Source of the DNA: Methanobacteriota archaeon
GTDB taxonomy: Archaea; Thermoplasmatota; Thermoplasmata; SG8-5; DAIRED01
Direction: 5' to 3'
Assembly: GCA_043799545.1 (NCBI GenBank)
Contig: JAZDNO010000030.1
Span: 1 to 64,000, forward strand
Length of the DNA stretch: 64,000 nt
Shown one piece after another: positions 26,415 through 35,969 of the stretch. Within the stretch, counting starts at the first letter, position 1, and each line of letters starts with the position of its first letter. The translations under genes were made by a program, and so were the position numbers. Under the pieces are notes generated by a model. The model did no database searches. It was given only the letters and a program-made list of their open reading frames with translations, and was not told the DNA's origin.

Positions 26415-27182
26415 TCAATCACCTCTAACATATCTCAGGCACTGCTCCAAATCCCTCTTGACGCCCAGCCTTTCGAAAAACTTGAGCAGGTTCGCCACGT
26501 CCCTGCGAAGGTACTCGGGTGAGTTGGGCTGGTCCGATGTGACGGCCTGGCCCACGTCGATTAGATAACCTTTCTGCCTCTGGACGAGGATGTTGTACTC
26601 GCTCAGGTCGCAGTGGACCAGCTGAGCCTCGACGTAAACCTTCCGAATCTGCTCCAGCATATCCTCGAGAAAGTTCTCCGGGTCCTTCGGAATCGCCTCC
26701 TTCAGCATCGGCGCCGGCCTCGCGGGCGTTCCGATGTAGCTCATGACCAGCACGTTCTTCCTGCAGGCTATTGGCTCGGGGCAGCGGACGCCGTGCTCCC
26801 GCATTCGCGAGAGGTTCTTGAACTCCTTGGAAGCCCATGCGTAAATCATCTTGCGGCGGTTCCCGTGGAGCCCTTTGAAGCGCGGGTCGCCGAGTATGTA
26901 TTTCTGTATCGTGTTGAAGGTGGCGTTCGTCGTCCTGAATATCTTCACTGCGACGTAACCGCCGCCAGAGACGTTCGCCCTGAAGACGTTCCCCTCCTTG
27001 CCTGTGGAAATTGGGAAGTCCAGTATGTCGAAGACCTTGTTCGTCATCAGGTCGTAGATTATCATGAGCGTCTGGTGGTCGAAGACCTCGTCAAGAGTGC
27101 GCCTGTCGTCCGTGCCCTTGGTGTGGATGCGCAGCTCTCCCAATTTGACATCCAGCAGCCGGTCGGCGCGCTCGTCACGCAT
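26415..27182 (-). CDS. rio1: Rio1 serine/threonine kinase
   Basis: ISTGKEGNVF, AVKIFR, WASKEFKNL, LVHCDLSEYNIL, IDVGQAV; start at MRDERADRLL. Confidence 0.95.
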   Translation of the reverse strand: MRDERADRLLDVKLGELRIHTKGTDDRRTLDEVFDHQTLMIIYDLMTNKVFDILDFPISTGKEGNVFRANVSGGGYVAVKIFRTTNATFNTIQKYILGDPRFKGLHGNRRKMIYAWASKEFKNLSRMREHGVRCPEPIACRKNVLVMSYIGTPARPAPMLKEAIPKDPENFLEDMLEQIRKVYVEAQLVHCDLSEYNILVQRQKGYLIDVGQAVTSDQPNSPEYLRRDVANLLKFFERLGVKRDLEQCLRYVRGD

Positions 27183-27190
27183 CTCCCACC

Positions 27191-27535
27191 TCAAAAGATG
27201 TCTATCGCCTGCGGGAGCATCTTCTTCCTGCTTAGGTAGACTGCCTGGGTTCGCGTGTACCTGTAGCGAATCTCTGCCTTCTCGTCCTGGAACTCCCAGG
27301 GCCTGATGATGAGGAGGTCCCCCTCCCGAATCCACATGCGCTTCTTCAGCTTTCCGGGTATCCGGCCCATGCGGGTCTTGCCGTCGGCGCACATCACTCG
27401 TATCTTGGACGCACCCAGGAGTTGGTCCGCGACGCCGAAAAGCTCTCCCTCCTTGTGCCTGGGCATGGCCACCCTGATGTTCGGGTCTGCGATGTCCAGC
27501 GGCGTCTCGTCCTTGTCCCTGAAATTCGGCCTCAA
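27191..27535 (-). CDS. eif1a: Translation initiation factor aIF-1A
   Basis: QLLGASKIRVMCADGKTRMGRIPGKLKKRMWIREGD; conserved archaeal aIF1A-rio1-dim2 order. Confidence 0.96.
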   Translation of the reverse strand: MRPNFRDKDETPLDIADPNIRVAMPRHKEGELFGVADQLLGASKIRVMCADGKTRMGRIPGKLKKRMWIREGDLLIIRPWEFQDEKAEIRYRYTRTQAVYLSRKKMLPQAIDIF

Positions 27536-27586
27536 TATTTACCTCTATGCCCCATTGTCATACTTCTATAAAAAGGCTGGCTCAAA

Positions 27587-28225
27587 CTATATGTAAATGG
27601 TGAAATATTCATCGTAGTCGTCGACCAAGACCCTTTCATGGCCTTCTCTAACCCCGCAGACGACTTTGATTGTATAATACTCGCCGACTTCAAGATATTC
27701 CACGAATACCACAGAATACCACCATACGCTTGAAGCCGCCAATTCGTCGTCGACATACAGGTAGCAGGTCCGATTGTATAATTCATCATAGCCATCCAAG
27801 ACGCATGCCTGTATCTGGACTGTTGAGACATTCCCGAGCTTTAGGCGTAACGACGTTGTCTGTTGAAGGGTGACCAGCGCATTCTCGATTTCCGATTTCC
27901 GTCCTGTTTCGTCCCTGACTTGGACGGCGTGGGTTCTACCGGCGCGAGCCTCGACTGGCTCGAATGTGATGTTATCGTTGCCGTAATAGCCATAGCCGTA
28001 GTAACCGTTGGGGTCAATCTCAGCTTTTTTCACTCCATCCACATAAAGGTAGAACATGGTGCCGTTGCCGTACTGTCCGACGTGAGTCTCGCAGGTGACC
28101 GATATCCGACCCATGTTGAAGTCGCTGTTTACGAATGCCACCGTGGCCATGGACGATGTGACAATCCCGATGGCGAGAAGATAGACCCATATCTTCAACG
28201 CTTTCCCAAGCCTGTGGTCTCTCAA
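27587..28225 (-). CDS. Hypothetical membrane-anchored exported protein with internal duplication (FYLYVDG / CYLYVDD)
   Basis: N-terminal hydrophobic helix followed by two beta-rich segments; AT-richer DNA by eye. Confidence 0.6.
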   Translation of the reverse strand: MRDHRLGKALKIWVYLLAIGIVTSSMATVAFVNSDFNMGRISVTCETHVGQYGNGTMFYLYVDGVKKAEIDPNGYYGYGYYGNDNITFEPVEARAGRTHAVQVRDETGRKSEIENALVTLQQTTSLRLKLGNVSTVQIQACVLDGYDELYNRTCYLYVDDELAASSVWWYSVVFVEYLEVGEYYTIKVVCGVREGHERVLVDDYDEYFTIYI

Positions 28226-28231
28226 CGAGCC

Positions 28232-28588
28232 TCACCTCAATATGTGCTGGGCCAGCACGTATATTGTCAGGGCCATGATGACGGCGCCCGACCCCACCAG
28301 CATGCCATAAAAGCCGACGATTTCCTGACCCAGTTTATCGCGCTCGACAATCAATCCGAGTGACGCGGCGGCGCCGAGCGAAGCTGCGAAGCCCCCCAAC
28401 CCGAAGACGAAAAGTAAATGTTCCGGCCCTGTCAGGACCATGGGCAGCCACATGAACGAAGCGCCTACGATACCTATTGCCAAGGACGCCCAGCCGGAAA
28501 CGCTGGCAATGACCCCGTCCCGCCTCTCCTGCGTTGGGATTAGCTTCGTGCTCCCATCGATGACCATGTATGGAAGGTTTTTGGCCAT
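28232..28588 (-). CDS. Small 3-TM membrane protein
   Basis: Hydrophobic helices; ATG 28588 follows the upstream gene's stop at 28590. Confidence 0.6.
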   Translation of the reverse strand: MAKNLPYMVIDGSTKLIPTQERRDGVIASVSGWASLAIGIVGASFMWLPMVLTGPEHLLFVFGLGGFAASLGAAASLGLIVERDKLGQEIVGFYGMLVGSGAVIMALTIYVLAQHILR

Positions 28589-28589
28589 C

Positions 28590-28997
28590 TCACGCCCCCA
28601 GGCAATAGTAGTAGCCAGGCTCATACCAGCCATTCATAAGGACACCCATTATGATGACTATGACGGCGACCAGCCCGAGGACCGCACCGGCCACCCCCAT
28701 CCCAAAGGTCTTGTTCACGATGCGCTGCATTCGCGCCCCCAGAGCCCCGCAGACAATCGCCGCCACGGCCATCGGCAGCCCCGAGACCAGAGCGAACCTT
28801 ATCGCGCTGTATCCAAATCCGGCGAAGCTCCCGAATATGATGCCGAGAAGCCCCATGATGAATGCGGCCATCGAGAGGCCGTCGCCGACCTTCGACCGGG
28901 CGATTATCTCGGCGGTCACCGTCCCGTTCATTCCGTTTTGCCCAGCTCCGCGCACACCTTGCTGATCGGCGCCCACGGGCCCGTCATCTGCGAACAT
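28590..28997 (-). CDS. Small 3-TM membrane protein (DUF4190-like)
   Basis: GLSMAAFIMGLLGI ... AIVCGALG ... GMGVAGAVLGLVAV; minus-strand TATA (TTTATAT) at about 29030-29036. Confidence 0.6.
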   Translation of the reverse strand: MFADDGPVGADQQGVRGAGQNGMNGTVTAEIIARSKVGDGLSMAAFIMGLLGIIFGSFAGFGYSAIRFALVSGLPMAVAAIVCGALGARMQRIVNKTFGMGVAGAVLGLVAVIVIIMGVLMNGWYEPGYYYCLGA

Positions 28998-29103
28998 CTT
29001 CTGCACCGTATGTCCATTCGCGGGTGTGGATATAAACCTTCCTTTCACATGTGAGTTCCCAGTCCGGCTCAAGGTTAAATATGGCCGCCCATATCCCGCA
29101 TCG

Positions 29104-29757
29104 ATGAAATCCCGCTTCGACCTCGTCGCATTCGACCTCGACGGAGTTCTCGCCGAGCCCGAGAGCTCGTGGGTCTACGTGCACCAGCACTTCGGTGTCT
29201 CGAACAAGGCCGCGCTTGAGGCGTTCATCGCGGGCGAGATAGACGACATGGAGTTCATGCGCCGGGACATAGCGCTGTGGCGGCTCGCGAAGCCAGGCGT
29301 GTGCGCGAGCGACCTCGACGCAATTCTCGAGCGGATCGCTGTCACGAACGGAGCCCGCGAGGTGGTCCAGGCAATCAGGGCCGCAGGGGCGAAGACCGTA
29401 ATAATAAGCGGAGGGCTGAGATATCTGGCCGAGAGGGTCGCGAGGCTCACGGGGGTTGACCATGTGCTGGCCAACGACGCGGCCTGCGGCCCGGACGGAA
29501 AGCTTAGCGGGGAAGGCGTGCTGGAGGTGGAGCTGCTGGCAAAGGGCAAGGCGCTCGCGGCGTTACGAAAGCGCCTCGGCGTCCCCAAGGAGAGGTGCGC
29601 GGCCGTGGGGAACAGCTTCATCGATGCCCAGATGTTCGAGGAGTCCGCGATGGGGATAGCTTTCAACCCGGTTGACGACAGGACGCGGGAAGCGGCGGAC
29701 CACGTCGTAGAAGGGAAGGACCTCAGGCTGATTCTGCCCTACCTGCTCGTGGACTAA
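29104..29757 (+). CDS. HAD-superfamily phosphatase (phosphoserine phosphatase-like)
   Basis: FDLDGVL motif I, IISGG motif II, K motif III, GNSFID motif IV. Confidence 0.88.
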   Translation: MKSRFDLVAFDLDGVLAEPESSWVYVHQHFGVSNKAALEAFIAGEIDDMEFMRRDIALWRLAKPGVCASDLDAILERIAVTNGAREVVQAIRAAGAKTVIISGGLRYLAERVARLTGVDHVLANDAACGPDGKLSGEGVLEVELLAKGKALAALRKRLGVPKERCAAVGNSFIDAQMFEESAMGIAFNPVDDRTREAADHVVEGKDLRLILPYLLVD

Positions 29758-29779
29758 TCATTCCGGCAGGCAAAGAACG

Positions 29780-30667
29780 CTATTTGCCAGAGGACTCGGA
29801 GCGCGAACCGCGCCCGCCGTACCACCTCACGGCTTTCGCGTAAGCTCCGTCGAGCCTCCCCCAGAACCCGTCGCTGTAGCGCTCGGTGAGGAATACCGAG
29901 ACTGCCGCCACAGCCATCCCGGCGAAGATGTCGGTTATCCAGTGCACGCCGAGGTAGATTATGGCTACCGCAATCAGAGCAGTCATGACGCCGAGGAACC
30001 ATTTGTAGAGCCTGAAGCCAGGAACGCTCCGGACCAGGATCAGGAGGATGGCGAACGGGACGGCCACGTGCAGAGAAGGGAAGCAGTTGTCGAACGGGTC
30101 GTGGAGCACGAAGAACTCGTTGACCTGGGGGCTGTAGTTGTAGGCCAGCGCCTGCATGCCCGGGACCACGGCGCCCCCCCCCTGCCCGGCCATGAATGGC
30201 CAGCTCGTCACATACACGGGGAAGAACCAGTAGAAAGGTATCGAGATGACGAGGATGATGAGGTTGTTGAATATCACGTCGTTGGCGACCTTGCGCCTGT
30301 CCATGTATGCGAAAAGGGCGAATGAGAAGTTGTAGAGGAAGATGTATCCAATGAGGTAGACTATGAGCAGAAACAACGTCATCCCGTCGCTCAGCAGCGC
30401 CCGTTGGACGTGAAGCACGGCGTCCCCTTCGATGGAGAAAATCAAAGGCGTGAAGTCTAGATTGAGAGCCTCCTTGATGGGGTCGTTGAGCATGTCCAGC
30501 GCGCTCTTCATCACGAGGATGCCGAGTAAAATCGCGAGGTGGATGCGGTACCTGCTGAACATCATCACGCCGCCCTCGAGCGTGAACTTGGCCCGGCCAA
30601 ATATGTAGAACGCCACGGGAGAGAATCCGAACAGGAACGCCAGTAGCGCAAGGTCTATCGGGTTCAT
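29780..30667 (-). CDS. PAP2-like membrane protein, Aur1/IPC-synthase-like subfamily
   Basis: NCFPSLH and YLGVHWITD motifs, multiple TMs, no KxxxxxxRP motif. Confidence 0.85.
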   Translation of the reverse strand: MNPIDLALLAFLFGFSPVAFYIFGRAKFTLEGGVMMFSRYRIHLAILLGILVMKSALDMLNDPIKEALNLDFTPLIFSIEGDAVLHVQRALLSDGMTLFLLIVYLIGYIFLYNFSFALFAYMDRRKVANDVIFNNLIILVISIPFYWFFPVYVTSWPFMAGQGGGAVVPGMQALAYNYSPQVNEFFVLHDPFDNCFPSLHVAVPFAILLILVRSVPGFRLYKWFLGVMTALIAVAIIYLGVHWITDIFAGMAVAAVSVFLTERYSDGFWGRLDGAYAKAVRWYGGRGSRSESSGK

Positions 30668-30691
30668 CGAAGGGAGGAACGCCTGGCGATA

Positions 30692-31333
30692 TTATACCTT
30701 GTCGCTGATTAGCGGGACGAAGGCGACGCCCCCGTGGTTCTCCATCGCAAGCCTTCCAGCCTTTTTGGTGGCAAGCATCAGCTCCTGGTAGCGCCCGCCG
30801 CCCAAGGGTATTGCGAGCCTCCCGCCCTCGGCGAGCTGCGCGGTCAGCGCCTCGGGGATTTTCCGAGCCGCGCAGGCGACCAGCATGCAATCGTACGGGG
30901 CGCGCTCCAGGTGCCCCAGCGCTCCATCGCCCTCTATAACCATCACGTCCGGGTAGCCGGCTTTGGCCAGGTTCTCCCTGCAAATGACCGCGAGCTCGTG
31001 AATCCGTTCGATAGTCACCACCAGGCCATCCATCCCCACCAATTCGGCCATTACCGCTGCATGATAGCCAGTCCCCCCGCCGACTTCGAGGACCTTCTGC
31101 CCAGGTTCCGGCGCAAGGAGCTCGGCCATCATCGCCACCATGTGCGGCGCGGATATGGTCTGGCCATTGCCGATGGGCAAAGGGGTGTCCCGGTAGGCTT
31201 CAGAGACCGCGTTCTCCGGCAGGAAGAGGTGCCTCTCGACCTTCAGCATCGCGTCGCGGACGCGCTCGCTTCGGACGTGGCCGTTCGATTCCAGCCGCGC
31301 GACCATCCGCGCCCTCTCGTCATCCCTCGCCAT
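30692..31333 (-). CDS. pcm: Protein-L-isoaspartate O-methyltransferase
   Basis: QTISAPHMVAMM, VLEVGGGTGY, GDGALG, APYD. Confidence 0.95.
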   Translation of the reverse strand: MARDDERARMVARLESNGHVRSERVRDAMLKVERHLFLPENAVSEAYRDTPLPIGNGQTISAPHMVAMMAELLAPEPGQKVLEVGGGTGYHAAVMAELVGMDGLVVTIERIHELAVICRENLAKAGYPDVMVIEGDGALGHLERAPYDCMLVACAARKIPEALTAQLAEGGRLAIPLGGGRYQELMLATKKAGRLAMENHGGVAFVPLISDKV

Positions 31334-32237
31334 CGCCACTGCCGCCGAACGCACGCCTCCAGCGCCCCAAAGACATCGAGCGGACCTTGAAAGGATAGTC
31401 AACGGCCAGCTCGAACTTCGAGACGAAGGCCCAGGCACTGACTCCGAGCGCTAGCCCAGCCCCGACGTCGATCAGCCAGTGAACGCCCAGGTACATGGTA
31501 GCCAGGACGACGGAGACGCCGACCCAGGCAGCGAACGCGCCCCAAAGCCTCTCGCGCCCCTTGAGCACGACCAGGGGGACGAAGACGGATATCGCCGTGT
31601 GCAGCGAGGGAAAGCAATTGTCAATGCTGCTGAACGAGTACGACGCGTCGAGGTTTGTAGCGCCCATGTCGTAGAGGACCCCGTGGATGTCCGTGTATCC
31701 GTAGGCCGGAATGCCGTTTGCGGCGTTGTATCCGGCGTAGGCAGCGTTCGTGGTCCAGACCTCGTTCACGGGGAATAGGAGGAAGAATGGCAGCGCGATG
31801 GCGTAGATTATGCAGTAGCCGACCACGAGCCTCTTGACAATCGTCCCCTTGTCCACAGCCATGAAATAAATCACGGTTCCATAAAACAGAACGACGAACA
31901 GCACCATGTACATGGCGTAGAAATAGATGTCCAGCACATCGTTTTGGAAGCTCGACTGGAGCCAGCCCGAAGCCCCTCCCTCGGCGGAGTGGACGGCAGG
32001 AGTGAAATCGAGGCCCAGCGCGTCCGTGATGGCGTGGTCCAGCACGACAGATTCGAGAATCATCAGCATCAGAAGCCCGGTGAGGAGCAGGAGCATCGGG
32101 AACTGGCGCCTGAGAATCCGCACCCCATCGGAGAACCAGTGGTCGGGCGGCATCCGGCGGGCGAGCCGTTCGAGGAACGGCTGCGCGAGCACCGGGACGG
32201 CTATCAGGGCCGCAATGGCGATGGCGATGTCTGGCAA
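31320..32237 (-). CDS. Second PAP2-like (Aur1/IPC-synthase-like) membrane protein
   Basis: NCFPSLH, YLGVHWLID, LFPVNEVW. Confidence 0.85.
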   Translation of the reverse strand: MPDIAIAIAALIAVPVLAQPFLERLARRMPPDHWFSDGVRILRRQFPMLLLLTGLLMLMILESVVLDHAITDALGLDFTPAVHSAEGGASGWLQSSFQNDVLDIYFYAMYMVLFVVLFYGTVIYFMAVDKGTIVKRLVVGYCIIYAIALPFFLLFPVNEVWTTNAAYAGYNAANGIPAYGYTDIHGVLYDMGATNLDASYSFSSIDNCFPSLHTAISVFVPLVVLKGRERLWGAFAAWVGVSVVLATMYLGVHWLIDVGAGLALGVSAWAFVSKFELAVDYPFKVRSMSLGRWRRAFGGSGDGEG

Positions 32238-32326
32238 TCCTCACCTGCATTAATTCGAATGGCTAAGGCGTATAATACACTATCCGACAGCGAAACTCTT
32301 TAACCGGTGAGGGCATTCTCCAGGCG

Positions 32327-33838
32327 ATGCCCCCCAGGATGAAGCGCAGGCCCAGAAGCAAGATACACGATTCAGGCAAGGGCGCCACGAGGCAGATTCT
32401 GAACTTCGCCAGGGCCGCGCGCGACGACCCGGATTCTCTCATACCCGATTGCGCGGGCGAGTGCGCCCGCTGCCCACGCGAGGCGCTCATCCAGCGCCTG
32501 CGCAAGCTGTCTTCGATGGCGGGCAACAAGAGCGGGCTGGAATGGGCCTCCCGCTGGGGCGGGGACCTGGAACGGGCTTACGCGAGCCTCGTGCTGATCG
32601 CAGGGGAGGAGGACATAATGGCCGTTGCGAACCTCAACCTGGGCGGCAAGGTCGTGAGCTACGCCGTGAGGGGCCACCCGCCAGCCCTGGCCGTGGCGGG
32701 GCTTCAGAACTGGGACGACCCGGAGGTCAGGCTTCTGGCGTACAGGAAGACCGCCGGGAAGCTGGGCATCAGCCTATACTCGACGGACGATTCGCTTCTT
32801 TGCACTGGAACGGAATCGCGGCCTCCGAAGGCGTATCTTGATGAGGTGGCCAAGGTGGCTGGGTACGGAGGCCTGTCGTGCGGCCACAAGGCCCCGTCGC
32901 CGGTCAAGCTGAGGATTGCGTTTCCAGGAGACCTTTCGTTCGAGGCTTGCGAGGGGTGCGCGGCCGAGAGCACCAGCTTTGTCTCCGCGTACATGTCCAG
33001 AAGCTGCGAGAAGAGGCCGCTTTCCAGCGCAAGCTTCAACTTCGTGCTTGAGCCGGAGTGCGACGGCAAATGCGGCGATTGCCCATCGGAGGTCAGCACG
33101 CAGCTGGAGCCGAAACAGCTCAAGCCCTATCTGGCCCGCAACCTCAGCGACAGGAAATTGCTGTCGTCGGCGAGGGCCGCGCTGCTCAGGCTCCTCGAAC
33201 CAGGGACGGTCGTGGCCGGGGGCAGGTGCTTCGGCAAGGGGTCCGCGCGGATAGTCGCCGAACTGGCGGCTGACGACCTGGAGCGGCTGGCGCTCGAAAC
33301 CGCCTTGACAGAACAGGGAAGCCCAGTGCTTGTAGATTCGATGACCGTAAACAAGCTTTTAAACGCTGTCTGGGGCGACCGCGGAGAGGCTGTGCTCCGG
33401 GCAGTCGCGGGCGAGGAGGCGGCCAAGCTCTACGACCCCGCGGACGAGCAGCCGATGAACACGCTTCGCCAGGCGGCCGCGCGCGCGAAACGGGCGAGCA
33501 TGAACGCGGCGCTTCCCAGGTACAAGGCCCTCGGTCCCGTGGGGACGCTGGCGGACGAGACCGCGCGGGCTTACAAGGAAAGCGGCCAGGCGGGGGCCTG
33601 CGACCACCTCGACCGGCTGAAGACGCTCGGACACAGGGAAAATTCGGTGGCGCTCGCTTTCTACATCGCAATGGAGCAGGAGGCGAACAGGATGTGGAAG
33701 TACAGCAAGGAGGAAAGCGATTTGGGGGCGTCCCTGGCGCCCATGGCGAAGGACATGCTGGAATCCAGCGGCGGCGCCTACGACCGGGCGCTGAGGCACC
33801 TTCTGAAGATGTCCGGTTCCAGCGAGGAACCGGCATAA
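32327..33838 (+). CDS. Cys-rich hypothetical protein (probable metal binding)
   Basis: 503 aa with typical codon usage; CAGECARC, CGH, CEGC, CDGKCGDC clusters. Function unknown. Confidence 0.65.
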   Translation: MPPRMKRRPRSKIHDSGKGATRQILNFARAARDDPDSLIPDCAGECARCPREALIQRLRKLSSMAGNKSGLEWASRWGGDLERAYASLVLIAGEEDIMAVANLNLGGKVVSYAVRGHPPALAVAGLQNWDDPEVRLLAYRKTAGKLGISLYSTDDSLLCTGTESRPPKAYLDEVAKVAGYGGLSCGHKAPSPVKLRIAFPGDLSFEACEGCAAESTSFVSAYMSRSCEKRPLSSASFNFVLEPECDGKCGDCPSEVSTQLEPKQLKPYLARNLSDRKLLSSARAALLRLLEPGTVVAGGRCFGKGSARIVAELAADDLERLALETALTEQGSPVLVDSMTVNKLLNAVWGDRGEAVLRAVAGEEAAKLYDPADEQPMNTLRQAAARAKRASMNAALPRYKALGPVGTLADETARAYKESGQAGACDHLDRLKTLGHRENSVALAFYIAMEQEANRMWKYSKEESDLGASLAPMAKDMLESSGGAYDRALRHLLKMSGSSEEPA

Positions 33839-33858
33839 TCTGCACGCGCTGAGTGAAT

Positions 33859-34635
33859 CTAAATCAAGCGTACGTGCGATCGAACTTGCTTCTGCCTTCG
33901 CCTGTTTCTCAGGGCCTCGGCCATCGTCATGCGTCCGTCGGCCACCGCTTCAGCTTCCGCTTTCGAGAGCGTCAGCGAACCGGCGCTCTCGATTCTGGAC
34001 TTGCGCTGCAGGTCGCGGACCTTGCCTGGCTTGGGCGCGACCTTCCTTGGCATGGTGACCGGGTAACCCGCCGTCCGGGCGATGTCTATCGCGGAGTCCA
34101 TGTCCGTCGTGCTTGGCGAGGAGGTCGTCGATTCGTCGACTATCTCGCACCTCTCGGCGGTTCCGCATATGCGCCTCAGTATTCTGTCCCTGTTGTCAGC
34201 GTCGCCGTGGCCGATGCGCACGACCGTGCGCCTGGCCGCGTAATCGTCCCTGATTTCCAGAACCCGGTCCGCCGCATCCTCGGGAGACATGGCGCGCTGA
34301 GTCTCGAGGACTCGTCCTTTTAGCACGACGGCAATTCCAGGCATCTCCCCGGGGTCCACGCCTATGAAAAGAAGCTCGACCTGCCCCTTTCCAGCGATGA
34401 ACGTCAGCCCTTTTCGGATTCCGGATTTGACGTTTCCGGCGACAGCGACCTTCGGCTCGAAGAAGACGTCGGCCAGCTCGCGCTCCGACGTCAGCACTAC
34501 GCCCACGTGCTGCGGGACGCGTCCGTCGAACGTGAGGCTCGTGAACTGCAACCCCATCGACTTGAGCGCCTCCGCCAGGTCGTAGAAGAGGCGGAAGTCG
34601 CTCGTCATGATGCCGATGGTTTTGGCGTGGGTCAT
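33859..34635 (-). CDS. Hypothetical protein with RNase H-like (YqgF/resolvase-like) fold
   Basis: IGVDPGEMPGIAV, VVRIGHG, VDESTTS, DMDSAIDIA acidic motif pattern. Confidence 0.65.
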   Translation of the reverse strand: MTHAKTIGIMTSDFRLFYDLAEALKSMGLQFTSLTFDGRVPQHVGVVLTSERELADVFFEPKVAVAGNVKSGIRKGLTFIAGKGQVELLFIGVDPGEMPGIAVVLKGRVLETQRAMSPEDAADRVLEIRDDYAARRTVVRIGHGDADNRDRILRRICGTAERCEIVDESTTSSPSTTDMDSAIDIARTAGYPVTMPRKVAPKPGKVRDLQRKSRIESAGSLTLSKAEAEAVADGRMTMAEALRNRRRQKQVRSHVRLI

Positions 34636-34710
34636 CAGAATCCCCGTACACAGTCGAAATTACATAATGGTGTTGCCGTCTTTAGTGGGATCGTCTGTAC
34701 GATTATTTTC

Positions 34711-35937
34711 CTACCTAGACCAGGGAGACATTATAAAAAAATAATTGTAGGGTGAAATTAAAGTCAATGTGAGGAGCGTTTCACTCCAATTATCTGAGAC
34801 TGAAAAAAAATCGCCAGACGACAGGGTCCCTGAATTGTCTATGTCCACGAAACTCAATTCCTGTTCAGGGTTATTCATCAAATCCTTCAGTTTTCCTGAA
34901 TAATAGCCCATATCAAAAAACATGTACCGGCCATTGACCTGGACATTGATATTTTCAAGCGAGAAACACTTGGCCAGTTTAGCACCGTCCCCACCAATGA
35001 ATTCGGTATTCTCAATAAAGACTCTTGTTTCATTGTAGACCCATTCTTCCCGAGAGCCAAGTTCTGGTCCCCAGACGTGGAAAAGTCTGTTCGGAACTAT
35101 AATATATATTGAAGATGTTGTGTCCCAAGGTGTCAAGCTAATGACATCTCCTTTATCCAAATAATTCGTGCGATTTGAATCCGTAATTCGGAAACGTGCA
35201 GATCCGCTTGGAATATCTCGCAAGGCATCCTCGAACAGGATTTTTTGTTGGGAATCACTCGCATTTAATCGATTCCCCATAACTCGAATAATTACATTCG
35301 AATAGGAAAAATTGTTGAATTTCGTGTCAGGGGGCGTCGCCCTTAAAAATGCATCATAGATTGTTATCATTATTTCATTATTGGCTTCAGTTCTTGTAGA
35401 AAATTCCATTGCTGGTTCTGGAGACGGCGGGCTCCACATGGAAAACCTGGAATAAGGGTTGATGCGGCTGACTAAGACCACGCCTTCAGTGTTGCTGGTA
35501 ATATTTGAATCGATTGTCAACATATCCCCTATGGACAGAGTGTTGGAGTTATCGTTGTCCAAATAGCATATCCCTTCGGTTCCATTTAAAAAATTCTCAA
35601 AAGTATCATTGTATGTCACATTGAATGATCTATCATAAAATTGCAGAGCTAATTTTGATATGTCGGTGTAGACGATTGTATCGTGATCTGAGGCATAATG
35701 GACGTTGACAGAATTGAAGGATAATTCAATCTGTGAAGCGCTTTCATTGGTTATTGTTACAGATGCCCAGACATCATAATTCCTGTTGATAAATGAATCG
35801 TTTTTGACCACGTAATAGAAAGAAGAAAAAATCACAATTAAAAGCACAATAACGGCGAAAACGATTCGGAGAGTGTTATTACGGGGGATTTGAGATTGTT
35901 CGTCGTTCATTTTTATCGTAGCATCTATCGGAACCAT
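34711..35937 (-). CDS. Membrane-anchored exported protein with three D-x-D-N-S-x-T-L-S-x-G-D-like repeats; AT-rich gene
   Basis: TM IVFAVIVLLIVIFSSFYYVV; YLDNDNSNTLSIGD, ITDSNRTNYLDKGD, FVDIDNSGTLSSGD. Start may be ATG ~35910. Confidence 0.7.
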   Translation of the reverse strand: MVPIDATIKMNDEQSQIPRNNTLRIVFAVIVLLIVIFSSFYYVVKNDSFINRNYDVWASVTITNESASQIELSFNSVNVHYASDHDTIVYTDISKLALQFYDRSFNVTYNDTFENFLNGTEGICYLDNDNSNTLSIGDMLTIDSNITSNTEGVVLVSRINPYSRFSMWSPPSPEPAMEFSTRTEANNEIMITIYDAFLRATPPDTKFNNFSYSNVIIRVMGNRLNASDSQQKILFEDALRDIPSGSARFRITDSNRTNYLDKGDVISLTPWDTTSSIYIIVPNRLFHVWGPELGSREEWVYNETRVFIENTEFIGGDGAKLAKCFSLENINVQVNGRYMFFDMGYYSGKLKDLMNNPEQELSFVDIDNSGTLSSGDFFSVSDNWSETLLTLTLISPYNYFFIMSPWSR

Positions 35938-35969
35938 TACTATTAAAATTACCTGTCACATGTGAATAG

